NCBI GenBank assembly: GCA_965261435.1
Contig: CBDHDL010000021.1
Span: 142,872-206,871, forward strand
DNA length: 64,000 nt
Source of the DNA: Candidatus Poribacteria bacterium
GTDB lineage: Bacteria > Poribacteria > WGA-4E > WGA-3G
Direction: 5' to 3'
Shown: piece after piece, positions 39,039-48,341 of the stretch
Layout: every line of letters starts with the position of its first letter
Position numbering within the stretch: position 1 is the stretch's first letter
Position numbers and translations under genes: made by a program
Notes under the pieces: model-generated
Seen by the model: only the letters and a program-made list of their open reading frames with translations
What the model was told of the DNA's origin: nothing
Database searches by the model: none

Positions 39039-40986
39039 TAGTTTATCACTTGATACTACTATCCCACCTGTCCGCAGCAACAACAATGCCCCCGTATTCA
39101 CAGATGGCACGAGCACAACACGCTCTGTCGCGGAAAACAGTGGTTCTGGTGTCAATATCGGTTCTGTGGTATCAGCAACCGATGCGGATAACGATACACT
39201 TACATATACGCTCATTGGCACAGATGCGTCATCATTTAGCATTATCAGTTCATCAGGACAGCTCCAAACAAAAGCATCCCTTGACTATGAAAACAAAAAC
39301 TCTTATACAGTCACAGTGTCAGTTTCTGATGGCAACGGTGGGACAGATAGCATTACCGTCACTATCAATGTTACGGATGTTAGTGAAACGACGATAACAC
39401 TCGTCAGTGAAAGAACATCACAGGTGCGCGATGCTATTGTCGCCGCACTCCATGGTGTTTCCTCCGCGGCGGATGTGACCGCAGCACACCTCACAGCGAT
39501 TACATCTTTGGACCTTTCAGACCAATCCATCAGTTCATTGAAACCAGGTGATTTCAGTGAACTTACCTCACTGACAACGCTCAATCTGTCTTACAATTCC
39601 ATAGGTGATATATCTGCACTTGAGGACTTGACTTCACTGACAACGCTCAATCTGGCTGGCAATTCCATAAGTGATATATCTATCCTTTCAGGGTTAACTT
39701 CACTGACAAGGCTTAATCTGTCTATCAATTCCATAAGTGATATATCTGCCCTTGAGAACTTGACTTCACTGACAAGGCTCAATCTATCTGACAATTCCAT
39801 AAGTGATATATCTGCCCTTGAGAACTTGACTTCACTGACAAGGCTCGGTCTCAGGGGTAATTCCATTTCAGATTACGGACCGTTGCGCAGGCTCCTCGCA
39901 GCACTTGAGGCAGCTGGTAATAGTTTATCACTTGATACTACTATCCCGTCTGTCCGTAGCAACAACAATGCACCCGTATTCACAGATGGCACGAGTACAA
40001 CGCGCCACATCCCAGAAAACAGTGGTTCTGGTGTTAACATCGGTTCTGCGGTCTCAGCAACCGATGCGGATAACGATACACTCACATATACGCTCATTGG
40101 CACAGATGCGTCATCATTTAGCGTTGTCAGTTCATCAGGACAGCTCCAAACAAAAGCATCCCTTGACTATGAAAACAAAAACTCATATACAGTCACAGTG
40201 TCAGTTTCTGATGGAAAGAGTGGAACCGATAGCATTACCGTCACTATCAATGTTACGGATGTTAGTGATACGCCGCTAACATCTGACAGTGAGCGAACAC
40301 CGCAAGTGCGTGATGCCATCGTTGCTGCAGCCGGTGTAGCATCTGCGACTGATGTGACCACAACACACCTTGCAACGATTACATCTTTAGACCTTTCAAA
40401 CCTATCCATCGGTTCCTTGAAAGCAGGTGATTTCAGTGGACTTACCTCACTGACATGGCTCGATTTGTCTGACAATTCCATAAGTGATATATCTGCACTT
40501 GAGGACTTGACTTCACTTGAAACGCTCCATCTGTATGACAATTCCATAAGTGATATATCTGCACTCTCAGGGTTGACTTCACTGACAACGCTCAATCTGG
40601 CTGACAATTCCATAAGTGATATATCTGCGCTTGAGGACTTGACTTCACTGACAAAGCTCGGTCTCAGGGGTAATTCCATTTCAGATTACGGACCGTTGCG
40701 CAGGCTCCTCGCAGCACTTGAGGCAACTGGTAATAGTTTATCACTTGATACTACTATCCCGCCTGTCCGTAGCAACAACAATGCACCCGTATTCACAGAT
40801 GGCACGAGCACAACGCGTTTTGTCGTGGAGAACACTGGTTCTGGTGTTAACATCGGTTCTGCGGTATCAGCAACCGATGCGGATAACGATACACTTGCAT
40901 ATACGCTCATTGGCACGGATGCGTCCTCGTTTAGCATTGTCGGTTCATCCGGGCAGCTTGCTAACAAAAGCAACTTTGGATTATGA
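39022..40986 (+). CDS. same giant gene, segment 2 (cadherin-like plus LRR modules); ends at a second +1 frameshift
   Basis: Continues the about 880-bp module periodicity. The first residues of the ORF call are out of frame. It ends at 40986 where gggcagctTgctaac (extra T at about 40959) replaces the gggcagctgctaac of the following units. Confidence 0.65.
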   Translation: MRQAGNSLSLDTTIPPVRSNNNAPVFTDGTSTTRSVAENSGSGVNIGSVVSATDADNDTLTYTLIGTDASSFSIISSSGQLQTKASLDYENKNSYTVTVSVSDGNGGTDSITVTINVTDVSETTITLVSERTSQVRDAIVAALHGVSSAADVTAAHLTAITSLDLSDQSISSLKPGDFSELTSLTTLNLSYNSIGDISALEDLTSLTTLNLAGNSISDISILSGLTSLTRLNLSINSISDISALENLTSLTRLNLSDNSISDISALENLTSLTRLGLRGNSISDYGPLRRLLAALEAAGNSLSLDTTIPSVRSNNNAPVFTDGTSTTRHIPENSGSGVNIGSAVSATDADNDTLTYTLIGTDASSFSVVSSSGQLQTKASLDYENKNSYTVTVSVSDGKSGTDSITVTINVTDVSDTPLTSDSERTPQVRDAIVAAAGVASATDVTTTHLATITSLDLSNLSIGSLKAGDFSGLTSLTWLDLSDNSISDISALEDLTSLETLHLYDNSISDISALSGLTSLTTLNLADNSISDISALEDLTSLTKLGLRGNSISDYGPLRRLLAALEATGNSLSLDTTIPPVRSNNNAPVFTDGTSTTRFVVENTGSGVNIGSAVSATDADNDTLAYTLIGTDASSFSIVGSSGQLANKSNFGL

Positions 40987-43357
40987 GAAAAAAGTCCAGT
41001 ATTCTGTGACGGTGAAAGTTTCTGATGGAAAACTCACGGACACAATCACGGTTACTATCAATGTGACAGATGTGCAGGAGAACCGAGCCCCGCTATTTAG
41101 TGCTGACACAGCAACACGGTCTGTCGCAGAAAACACTGCTGCTGGACAAAACATCGGGGCTGCAATAACAGCAACAGACTCGGATAACGACAACTTGACC
41201 TATACTCTTGAGGGTACGGATGCGTCCTCGTTTAGCATTGTCAGTTCATCCGGGCAGCTGCTAACAAAAGCAACTTTGGATTATGAGAAAAAAGTCCAGT
41301 ATTCTGTGACGGTGAAAGTTTCTGATGGAAAACTCACGGACACAATCACGGTTACTATCAATGTGACAGATGTGCAGGAGAACCGAGCCCCGCTATTTAG
41401 TGCTGACACAGCAACACGGTCTGTCGCAGAAAACACTGCTGCTGGACAAAACATCGGGGCTGCAATAACAGCAACAGACTCGGATAACGACAACTTGACC
41501 TATACTCTTGAGGGTACGGATGCGTCCTCGTTTAGCATTGTCAGTTCATCCGGGCAGCTGCTAACAAAAGCAACTTTGAATTTTGAAAGCAAAAGCAGCT
41601 ATGAAGTGACGGTGTCTGTTTCTGATGGGAATGGCGGAAGTGATAGTATTACTGTCACTATCAATGTGGCGGATGTGAATGAGAACCAACCTGTATTTAG
41701 TGATGGCGCAAGCACGACGCGGTCTATCGCAGAAAACACTGTCGCAGGTCAAAACATCGGAGACCCAGTATCCGCAACGGATGCGGATACTGGTGATACG
41801 TTAACCTATAGTCTTGGCGGTACGGATGCGTCATCGTTTGATATTATTAGCACATCAGGACAACTTCAAACCAAAGTTGCTTTGGATTATGAGGGGTCGA
41901 AAAATTCCTATACCGTCACCGTGTCTGTCTCTGATGGTAAAGGTGGGACTGATAAGATTACCGTGTCCATCATCGTCACAGATGTAACCGAAACTACTAC
42001 GGCACCTCAGATACAGATTACACCTGTCGGGAAACGGACATCACAGGTGCGTGATGCGATTGTGGCTGACATCTCTGGTGTTTCCTCCGCGGAAGATGTG
42101 ACCGAAGCACACCTCACAACGATCACATCTTTGGACCTTTCAAACCAATCCATCAGTTCCTTGAAAGCAGGTGATTTCAGTGGACTGACTTCGCTGACAC
42201 ACCTCCGTCTGTATAACAATTCCATAAGTGATATATCGGCTCTTTCGGACTTGACTTCACTGACATGGCTCTTTCTGTCTAACAATTCCATAAGTGATAT
42301 ATCGGCTCTTTCAGGGTTGACTAAATTGACAAGGCTCACTCTGTATGACAATTCCGTAAGCGATATATCGGCTCTTTTGGACTTGACTTCACTGACATGG
42401 CTCCATCTGTATGACAATTCTATAAGTGATATATCGGCTCTTTCAGCCTTGACTGAATTGACATGGCTTGAACTGGGGGAGAATTCCATAAGTGATATAT
42501 CGGCTCTTTCAGCCTTGACAGACCTGAGATCGCTCAATCTGTATAACAATACCATAAGTGATATATCGGCTCTCTCGGGCATGACTAAAATGACAGACCT
42601 CTATCTGTCTAAAAATTCCATAAGTGATATATCGGCTCTCTCGGGCATGACTAAAATGACAACGCTCTATCTGTCTAACAATTCCATAAGTGATATATCG
42701 GACCTTGAAGACTTGACTAAATTGACAACGCTCTATCTGTCTAACAATTCCATAAGTGATATATCGGCTCTCTCGGGCATGACTAAAATGACATGGCTCT
42801 TTCTGTCTAACAATTCCATAAGTGATATATCGGACCTTGAAGACTTGACTAAATTGACAACGCTCTATCTGTCTAACAATTCCATAAGTGATATATCTGC
42901 CCTTGAAGACTTGACTAAATTGACATGGCTTCAACTGGATGGCAATTCCATTTCAGATTACGGACCGTTGGGCAGGCTCAAGGCAGCAATTGAAGCAGCC
43001 GGTAATAGTTTATCACTTGACATTACTATCCCAGCAGATGCTCCCTCACATGCCGCTGTTCCTAAGTCAACATCACTTTTACCCAACTTCCCCAACCCGT
43101 TCAACCCGGAAACGTGGATTCCGTATCAGTTAGCCAAACCCTCAGCGGTGACAATAACGATATTTGATGTCCGGGGACGTGTTGTGCGGACGTTGATTTT
43201 AGGCACTCAACCTTCGGGTATCTATAGAAGTCAAAGCAAGGCAGCCCATTGGGATGGTAAAAACGCGTTCGGGGAAAAGGTCGCAGGAGGAATGTATTTC
43301 TATAGGCTTACGGCAGGTGATTTTTCTGCCACACGCAAAATGTTAATTTTGAAGTGA
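40957..43357 (+). CDS. same giant gene, segment 3: cadherin-like repeats, LRR array and T9SS-type C-terminal sorting domain
   Basis: In-frame continuation LLTKATLDYEKKVQYSVTVKVSDG. The C-terminus NFPNPFNPETWIPYQL...VTITIFDVRGRVVRTL...GIYRSQSKAAHWDGKNAFGEKVAGGMYFYRLTAGDFSATRKMLILK matches the T9SS-type CTD. The listed ORF start at 40718 is an out-of-frame artefact. Confidence 0.7.
40981..41580. repeat. perfect 2 x 300-bp tandem duplication (one cadherin-like repeat unit) inside the giant gene
   Basis: 40981..41280 and 41281..41580 appear identical. The antisense ORFs 40981..41193 and 41281..41493 have identical 70-aa translations. Confidence 0.85.
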
Positions 43358-43411
43358 CTTTTGACAAAATGGGCAAATTTGAAATAGAATCAAACAATTA
43401 AAGGAGTTTAT

Positions 43412-45760
43412 GTGAAAACTTTAGGCAATAAATCAAAGAAAATTGGGCAAACCTTGATGATTCTTAGTTTTGCTTTTCTAATGTTAACAACAGTTCCTGT
43501 TATAGCGAATGAATTTGAAATCGGAACACAGTTCGGGATTTCCCGTTTTATTCCTGACAGCGAGGATTCTTCAACGACAAGTATTACCTTCACTCGGTTA
43601 CCAGCAGGAACACTTGTTGATATTGGGACATCTCCAACATCACTGTACGCGACGTTCTTTCTGGGCAAAAAATATGCGGTTGGGTCAGAATTCAGTTTTG
43701 GAGAAATGTCAGTGTCAGATGAGTCTTGGGCCGATGAGGATAACGCAAGCTTAATGACACTTCACCTTGGTGGTCGCGCATCATACTTTTTGTTTAGTCA
43801 TTCAGTATCTTCACCTTACGTATTCGGACAGATGGCTCGCACTATATTTATTGGTGATGCTAATTTCTTTTTTGAAGGTGACAACAACTCATCTCTTGCG
43901 AGTTTGGGGGGCGGTTTAGGGTATCAGTGGCGTATAGGCCCTGCTTTTGTGCTGCGGACAGAAGCACAGTATCAACGCGTGTTTGTTGTAGATGAAGATC
44001 AAAATGCAAATGAGTTCTCATTTATTATTGGCATCGGCACACGGTTCGGAGGCAATAACAACCCAGCAGAGGCAAAACTTGATCTCAATGACACAGAATT
44101 CACGCCTGTCAGTGCAAGAACACCACAGGTACGTGACGCGATTGTTGCTGCGGTGCCGGGTGTGAATAATGCTGATGCTGTGACCGCAGCACACCTCGCG
44201 GAGATTACATCTTTAGACCTTGCAGACCCATCCATCAGTTCCCTAAAAGCAGGTGATTTCAATGGACTTACCTCACTGACAGAACTCTTTCTGACTTCCA
44301 TAAGTGATATATCTGTACTTGAAGATTTGTCTTCACTGACAGAACTCAATTTGTGGAATAATTCCATAAGTGATATATCCGCACTTGAAAACCTAACAGC
44401 ACTGACAGATCTTTTTTTGTCTTCCAATTCCATAAGTGACATATCTGCGCTTGAGAACCTCACAGGACTGACAACGCTCGATCTGTCTTCCAGTACCGTA
44501 AGTGATATATCCGCCATTGAAAACCTAACAGCACTGGAATGGCTCAAGCTGGGTAACAGTTCCATCAGCGATATATCTGCGCTTCAAAACTTGACAGCAC
44601 TGAAAGAACTCTATCTGTCTTCCAGTACCATAAGTAATATATCCACACTTGAAAACCTAACAGCATTGGAATGGCTCGATTTGTCTTCCAATTCCATAAG
44701 TGATATATCTGCCCTTGAAAACATGACAGCACTAACATTTCTCGATCTGTCTTCCAATTCCATAAGTGATATATCCGCACTTGAAAACTTGACAGCACTG
44801 ACAATGCTCAATCTTTATGGTAACAACATCAAGGATATATCTGCGTTTGAGGACATGACTTCACTAACAGATCTCTATCTGAGTCACAATTCCATAAGTG
44901 ATATATCCGCACTTGAAAACTTGACAGCACTGAGAACACTCAATCTGGCTAAGAATTCCGTAAGTGATATATCTGCGCTTGAAAATCTCACAGCACTGAC
45001 AGAGCTCACTCTACCTGAAAGTTCCATAAATGATATATCTGCGCTTGAAAATCTCACAGCACTGACAACGCTCTATCTGGGTAGCAACGATATCAATGAT
45101 ATATCTACGCTTGAAAACTTGACAGCACTGACAGAACTCCATCTGTTTTCCAATTCCATAAGTGATATATCTGCGCTTGAAAACATGACCTTACTGAGAG
45201 AGCTGAATCTGGGGGGTAATTCCATAAGTGATATACCGTCTCTTGAAAACTTGACAGCACTGACAACGCTCTATCTGTGGGATAATTCCATAAGCGATAT
45301 ATCTGTGCTTGAAAACCTGACTTCACTGAGAACACTGAATATATATCGCAACGACATCAAGGATATATCTGGGCTTGAAAACCTGACCTTATTGAAAGAT
45401 CTCTATCTGAGTCACAATTCCATAAGTGATATATCCGCGCTTGAAAACTTGACAGTGCTAACAAGGTTGACTTTGCATCACAATGCTATCAGCGATGTAT
45501 CTGCGCTTGAAAACCTGAATGCACTGAAAATGCTCAAGCTGAGTCACAATTCCATCAAGGATATATCTGCACTTGAAAACCTGATTGCACTGACAGAGCT
45601 CAATCTGGATAATAATTCTATAAGTGATATATCCGCACTTGAAAATTTGACAGCATTGAAAAAGCTTGAACTGCGGAACAATCCGATTTCAGATTACGGA
45701 CCGCTTCGTAGACTCAAAGCAAAAAATCCAGGTATGCAGACTGATATTACTATTCCGTAG
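43412..45760 (+). CDS. paralogous LRR protein with N-terminal signal peptide and outer-membrane beta-barrel-like domain; C-terminal sorting domain lost
   Basis: GTG start 5 nt after AAGGAG. Signal MILSFAFLMLTTVPVIA. About 200-aa region of alternating hydrophobic strands ending ...FSFIIGIGTRFGG (OMP beta-barrel-like). Then the RTPQVRDAIVAAVPGV cap and about 25 LRRs (NSISDISALENLTAL). It ends ...TDITIP-TAG. Confidence 0.7.
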   Translation: MKTLGNKSKKIGQTLMILSFAFLMLTTVPVIANEFEIGTQFGISRFIPDSEDSSTTSITFTRLPAGTLVDIGTSPTSLYATFFLGKKYAVGSEFSFGEMSVSDESWADEDNASLMTLHLGGRASYFLFSHSVSSPYVFGQMARTIFIGDANFFFEGDNNSSLASLGGGLGYQWRIGPAFVLRTEAQYQRVFVVDEDQNANEFSFIIGIGTRFGGNNNPAEAKLDLNDTEFTPVSARTPQVRDAIVAAVPGVNNADAVTAAHLAEITSLDLADPSISSLKAGDFNGLTSLTELFLTSISDISVLEDLSSLTELNLWNNSISDISALENLTALTDLFLSSNSISDISALENLTGLTTLDLSSSTVSDISAIENLTALEWLKLGNSSISDISALQNLTALKELYLSSSTISNISTLENLTALEWLDLSSNSISDISALENMTALTFLDLSSNSISDISALENLTALTMLNLYGNNIKDISAFEDMTSLTDLYLSHNSISDISALENLTALRTLNLAKNSVSDISALENLTALTELTLPESSINDISALENLTALTTLYLGSNDINDISTLENLTALTELHLFSNSISDISALENMTLLRELNLGGNSISDIPSLENLTALTTLYLWDNSISDISVLENLTSLRTLNIYRNDIKDISGLENLTLLKDLYLSHNSISDISALENLTVLTRLTLHHNAISDVSALENLNALKMLKLSHNSIKDISALENLIALTELNLDNNSISDISALENLTALKKLELRNNPISDYGPLRRLKAKNPGMQTDITIP

Positions 45761-45829
45761 CAGTTTCTACTTCTGTACACGGAAGGTAGGGACTTTACTG
45801 CAACACGGAAGATGTTGATACTGAAGTAA
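45761..45829 (+). pseudogene. vestigial T9SS CTD tail, in frame after the TAG stop of the LRR paralog
   Basis: In-frame translation after the stop: QFLLLYTEGRDFTATRKMLILK-stop, versus FYRLTAGDFSATRKMLILK at the end of 40957..43357. Confidence 0.6.
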
Positions 45830-46138
45830 ACGCTACCAAACGGAAGGTAAAAACCATATATGAAAAAACTAACATTTGTCTTGCACATCTACACGAATTG
45901 GCGTCCCTTCAAAAGTATTTCTCTCAGCGCAGTGTGATTATCATCGCATTGGCGTGGTTGACAGGTGCAGGTCTGGTTGCATGAACTACCATTTTCTGTA
46001 ATGTTCAGTGAACAAGTTGCCGATGAACACGGTGCGGAAACGGATGACATCTTGTTATCAGTGTTCCGTGAACCGACATAATACCATTTCTATAAATTAT
46101 TGTGTCATTAGACTGTTATTATTGTAGTCATTTTTCAG

Positions 46139-46202
46139 GCCACAAACTGAAAGTTTGTGGTACAAAAAAGAGACATTTTCAAGAAGAAATGGTATAAGAT
46201 TG
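46139..46202. repeat. dispersed about 65-bp element with perfect hairpin CCACAAACT-gaa-AGTTTGTGG followed by TACAAAAAAGAGACATTTTCAAGAAGAAATGGTAT
   Basis: Second copy at 63404..63470 (about 85% identity, with compensatory hairpin). The 3' half alone recurs at 16585..16625 (aacattttcaattagaaatggtatta). This copy is about 75 bp upstream of apt. Confidence 0.6.
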
Positions 46203-46275
46203 GAGGAGGGATACCTTGTCCATTTCCAAGTATTTCTAAACGTTACAACAAAATACCGAGAGGTTTTACAATTTT

Positions 46276-46791
46276 ATGAACGATCTAACGAAGTTTATCC
46301 GAACGATACCTGATTTTCCGAAACAGGGTATTGCATTTAAAGACATTACACCACTTTTAGGGAATGCCTCTGTTTTCAACGCTGTAATTGAAGTCTACGC
46401 GAATCATTACAAAGATGCAGGAGTTGACGTAATTGTAGGTCCTGAAGCCAGAGGGTTCATTTTTGCATCTGCACTTGCATATCGGATGGGAACAGGCTTT
46501 GCTCCGGTTCGTAAAAAAGGAAAGTTACCTTATGACACATATCAAGTGACCTATGAACTGGAGTATGGCAAGGATACCCTCACTATTCATCAAGATGCTT
46601 TTCCAAAGGGGAGTCGCGTGCTGTTATGTGATGATCTCTTGGCTACTGGTGGCACACTTGCGGCAACGGTTGAACTTATTGAAAAACTGGACGGAGACAT
46701 TGTCGGTATTGCCCTCTTAATAGAACTAACGGAACTCAACGGACGAGAAAAGATCGGGAATTTACCAATCTTTTCTTTCTTTGAATTGTAG
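46276..46791 (+). CDS. apt: adenine phosphoribosyltransferase
   Basis: FPKQGIAFKDITPLL and the PRPP-binding motif VLLCDDLLATGGTLAA. 171 aa. Confidence 0.85.
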   Translation: MNDLTKFIRTIPDFPKQGIAFKDITPLLGNASVFNAVIEVYANHYKDAGVDVIVGPEARGFIFASALAYRMGTGFAPVRKKGKLPYDTYQVTYELEYGKDTLTIHQDAFPKGSRVLLCDDLLATGGTLAATVELIEKLDGDIVGIALLIELTELNGREKIGNLPIFSFFEL

Positions 46792-46802
46792 ATGCCCGAA
46801 TT

Positions 46803-47495
46803 TTGCCCTATAAGAAACGAAAACAGATGAAAGAAAGCCTACAAAACCTCATTGATATTATCATGAACCCGAAGGCAGCGTTTACTCGGCTAAAATCCGA
46901 GCCAAAGTGGGTGGTTGTTTTCATAATTTACTGTTTATTTTCTATCATTTTAGCGTGGGCACTCGTCCCATATACGCAGCAGCTCCTCGCTGTTCGCTCC
47001 GCAAATACCTTACCTCCTAACAAACAGCCTTCTGTTATATCTTCTGCGATATTTTCAATGAGTTACAGTTTCTTGATGACGATTTTGTTCAGTATCATTC
47101 TCACAACCTCAGTCGGATTGTGCAAGATAGCGAGTGCTGTAAAATTTAGACATATCTACGCAGCCCTTGTACATATTATGCTGATTCGCTCAATGACATT
47201 TTTCGTGAATGCGGGTCTGCTTCCAATTTTTAAAAATATTGAAGACATTCAATCCGTAATAGATACGAGAGCTATCCCAGGACTGCATCTGTTAGGAGGA
47301 CCCATTCAAAATCAACTTGTTCTGATGTTCCTCTCCTACATAAACCCCTTGGCTGTGTGGTATGTTTTTATCATAACAATCGGTATTCATATTTTTGCAG
47401 AAGTCAGCAAAGTTAAGGCATTGTGCGTAGCACTCATCATGTGGCTATTAAGAGTAAGTCTTGATGTAACATTTGTTGCGTTATTTTTATTGTAA
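46803..47495 (+). CDS. hypothetical polytopic membrane protein (Yip1-like?)
   Basis: 230 aa with about five hydrophobic helices. Family assignment is weak. Confidence 0.4.
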   Translation: MPYKKRKQMKESLQNLIDIIMNPKAAFTRLKSEPKWVVVFIIYCLFSIILAWALVPYTQQLLAVRSANTLPPNKQPSVISSAIFSMSYSFLMTILFSIILTTSVGLCKIASAVKFRHIYAALVHIMLIRSMTFFVNAGLLPIFKNIEDIQSVIDTRAIPGLHLLGGPIQNQLVLMFLSYINPLAVWYVFIITIGIHIFAEVSKVKALCVALIMWLLRVSLDVTFVALFLL

Positions 47496-47975
47496 TCCTT
47501 TATACATGATGCACTCAATGACCTATTTGAAAAACAAGAGTATCCGCGTATAGCGGATTAGCCATCAGAAAGAGAGAGCGAAGGACGAGTTGTTGAGTCT
47601 CATGACCGGAAACATTCACCTGGTTGTGTAAAGTTTTTGGCAAAGCATTGATTTTTTGCTTATGTTTGGTTTTGTTTACATAGCACTCCGCTGGAGTGCG
47701 GGCACTTGACATACATTTTTCTATAGACATAATGCTCCGCTGGAGCAAAAAGCGTTCTTGACAGGTAAGAGATATCCTCACGCCAGAGGCGTGATATGTC
47801 TATAGAACTCACAATGTCCAAAACCCCCACTCCAGCGGAGTGCTATGTCTTGGATCGAGCCGATAAGGAAACGCTGCCAAAATATTTACAGACCCGCAAC
47901 TTAGGTTAAAATAGACAAAGACATCTACACATGTTATAATATTTGATTGGAACTGTAGTCAATCTATACCAGAAC

Positions 47976-48325
47976 GTATCTCATAAATCATTTATATGGT
48001 GAGTTTTTTGTTGTTTGTGATGTATAACGGACAGGGAGACCCAGTCCCTACGAACAGAACGGACAGGGAAACCCAGTCCCTACGAACGGAACGGACAGGG
48101 AGACCACGCCCCTACGAACGGAACGGACAGGGAGACCCAGTCCCTACGAACAGAACGGACAGGGAAACCCAGTCCCTACGAACAAACGGACAGGGAGACC
48201 CAGTCCCTACGAACAAACGGACAGGGAAACCCAGTCCCTACGAACAAACGGACAGGGAAACCCAGTCCCTACGAAAAACAGGTGCTGTGATGAGAAATTT
48301 ATGGACAATTAGGTTTATGAGATAC
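47976..48325. repeat. about 350-bp element with 12-13-bp terminal inverted repeats (GTATCTCATAAA ... TTTATGAGATAC) containing the dispersed 110-bp element and a spacerless tandem array; it ends 17 nt before the metH ATG
   Basis: Left end 47976..47987 gtatctcataaa; right end 48314..48325 tttatgagatac. The interior matches 12693..12805. Confidence 0.55.
48026..48278. repeat. tandem array of eight 31-32-nt units AACGGACAGGGA(G/A)ACCCAGTCCCTACGAAC(A/G)(G/A), each containing an imperfect hairpin
   Basis: Units at 48026, 48058, 48090, 48122, 48154, 48186, 48217 and 48248. No spacers. The ORF 47996..48370 is just a translation of this array. Confidence 0.85.
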
Positions 48326-48341
48326 ACTCTAAATCTATATC

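Noticed and set aside
40718-40956. N-terminal 80 aa of the 879-aa ORF (MRQLVIVYHLILLSRLSVATT...)
   Set aside because: It is an out-of-frame read over the end of the preceding segment. The real reading frame joins at the +1 frameshift near 40959.
45860-45940. 25-codon ORF MKKLTFVLHIYTNWRPFKSISLSAV after the LRR paralog
   Set aside because: It is too short, has no RBS, and lies in the vestigial CTD/intergenic remnant.
48026-48278. CRISPR array in front of metH
   Set aside because: The eight 31-32-nt units are directly abutting with no spacers at all. It is a simple tandem repeat of a hairpin unit, not a CRISPR array. No cas genes are present in the window.
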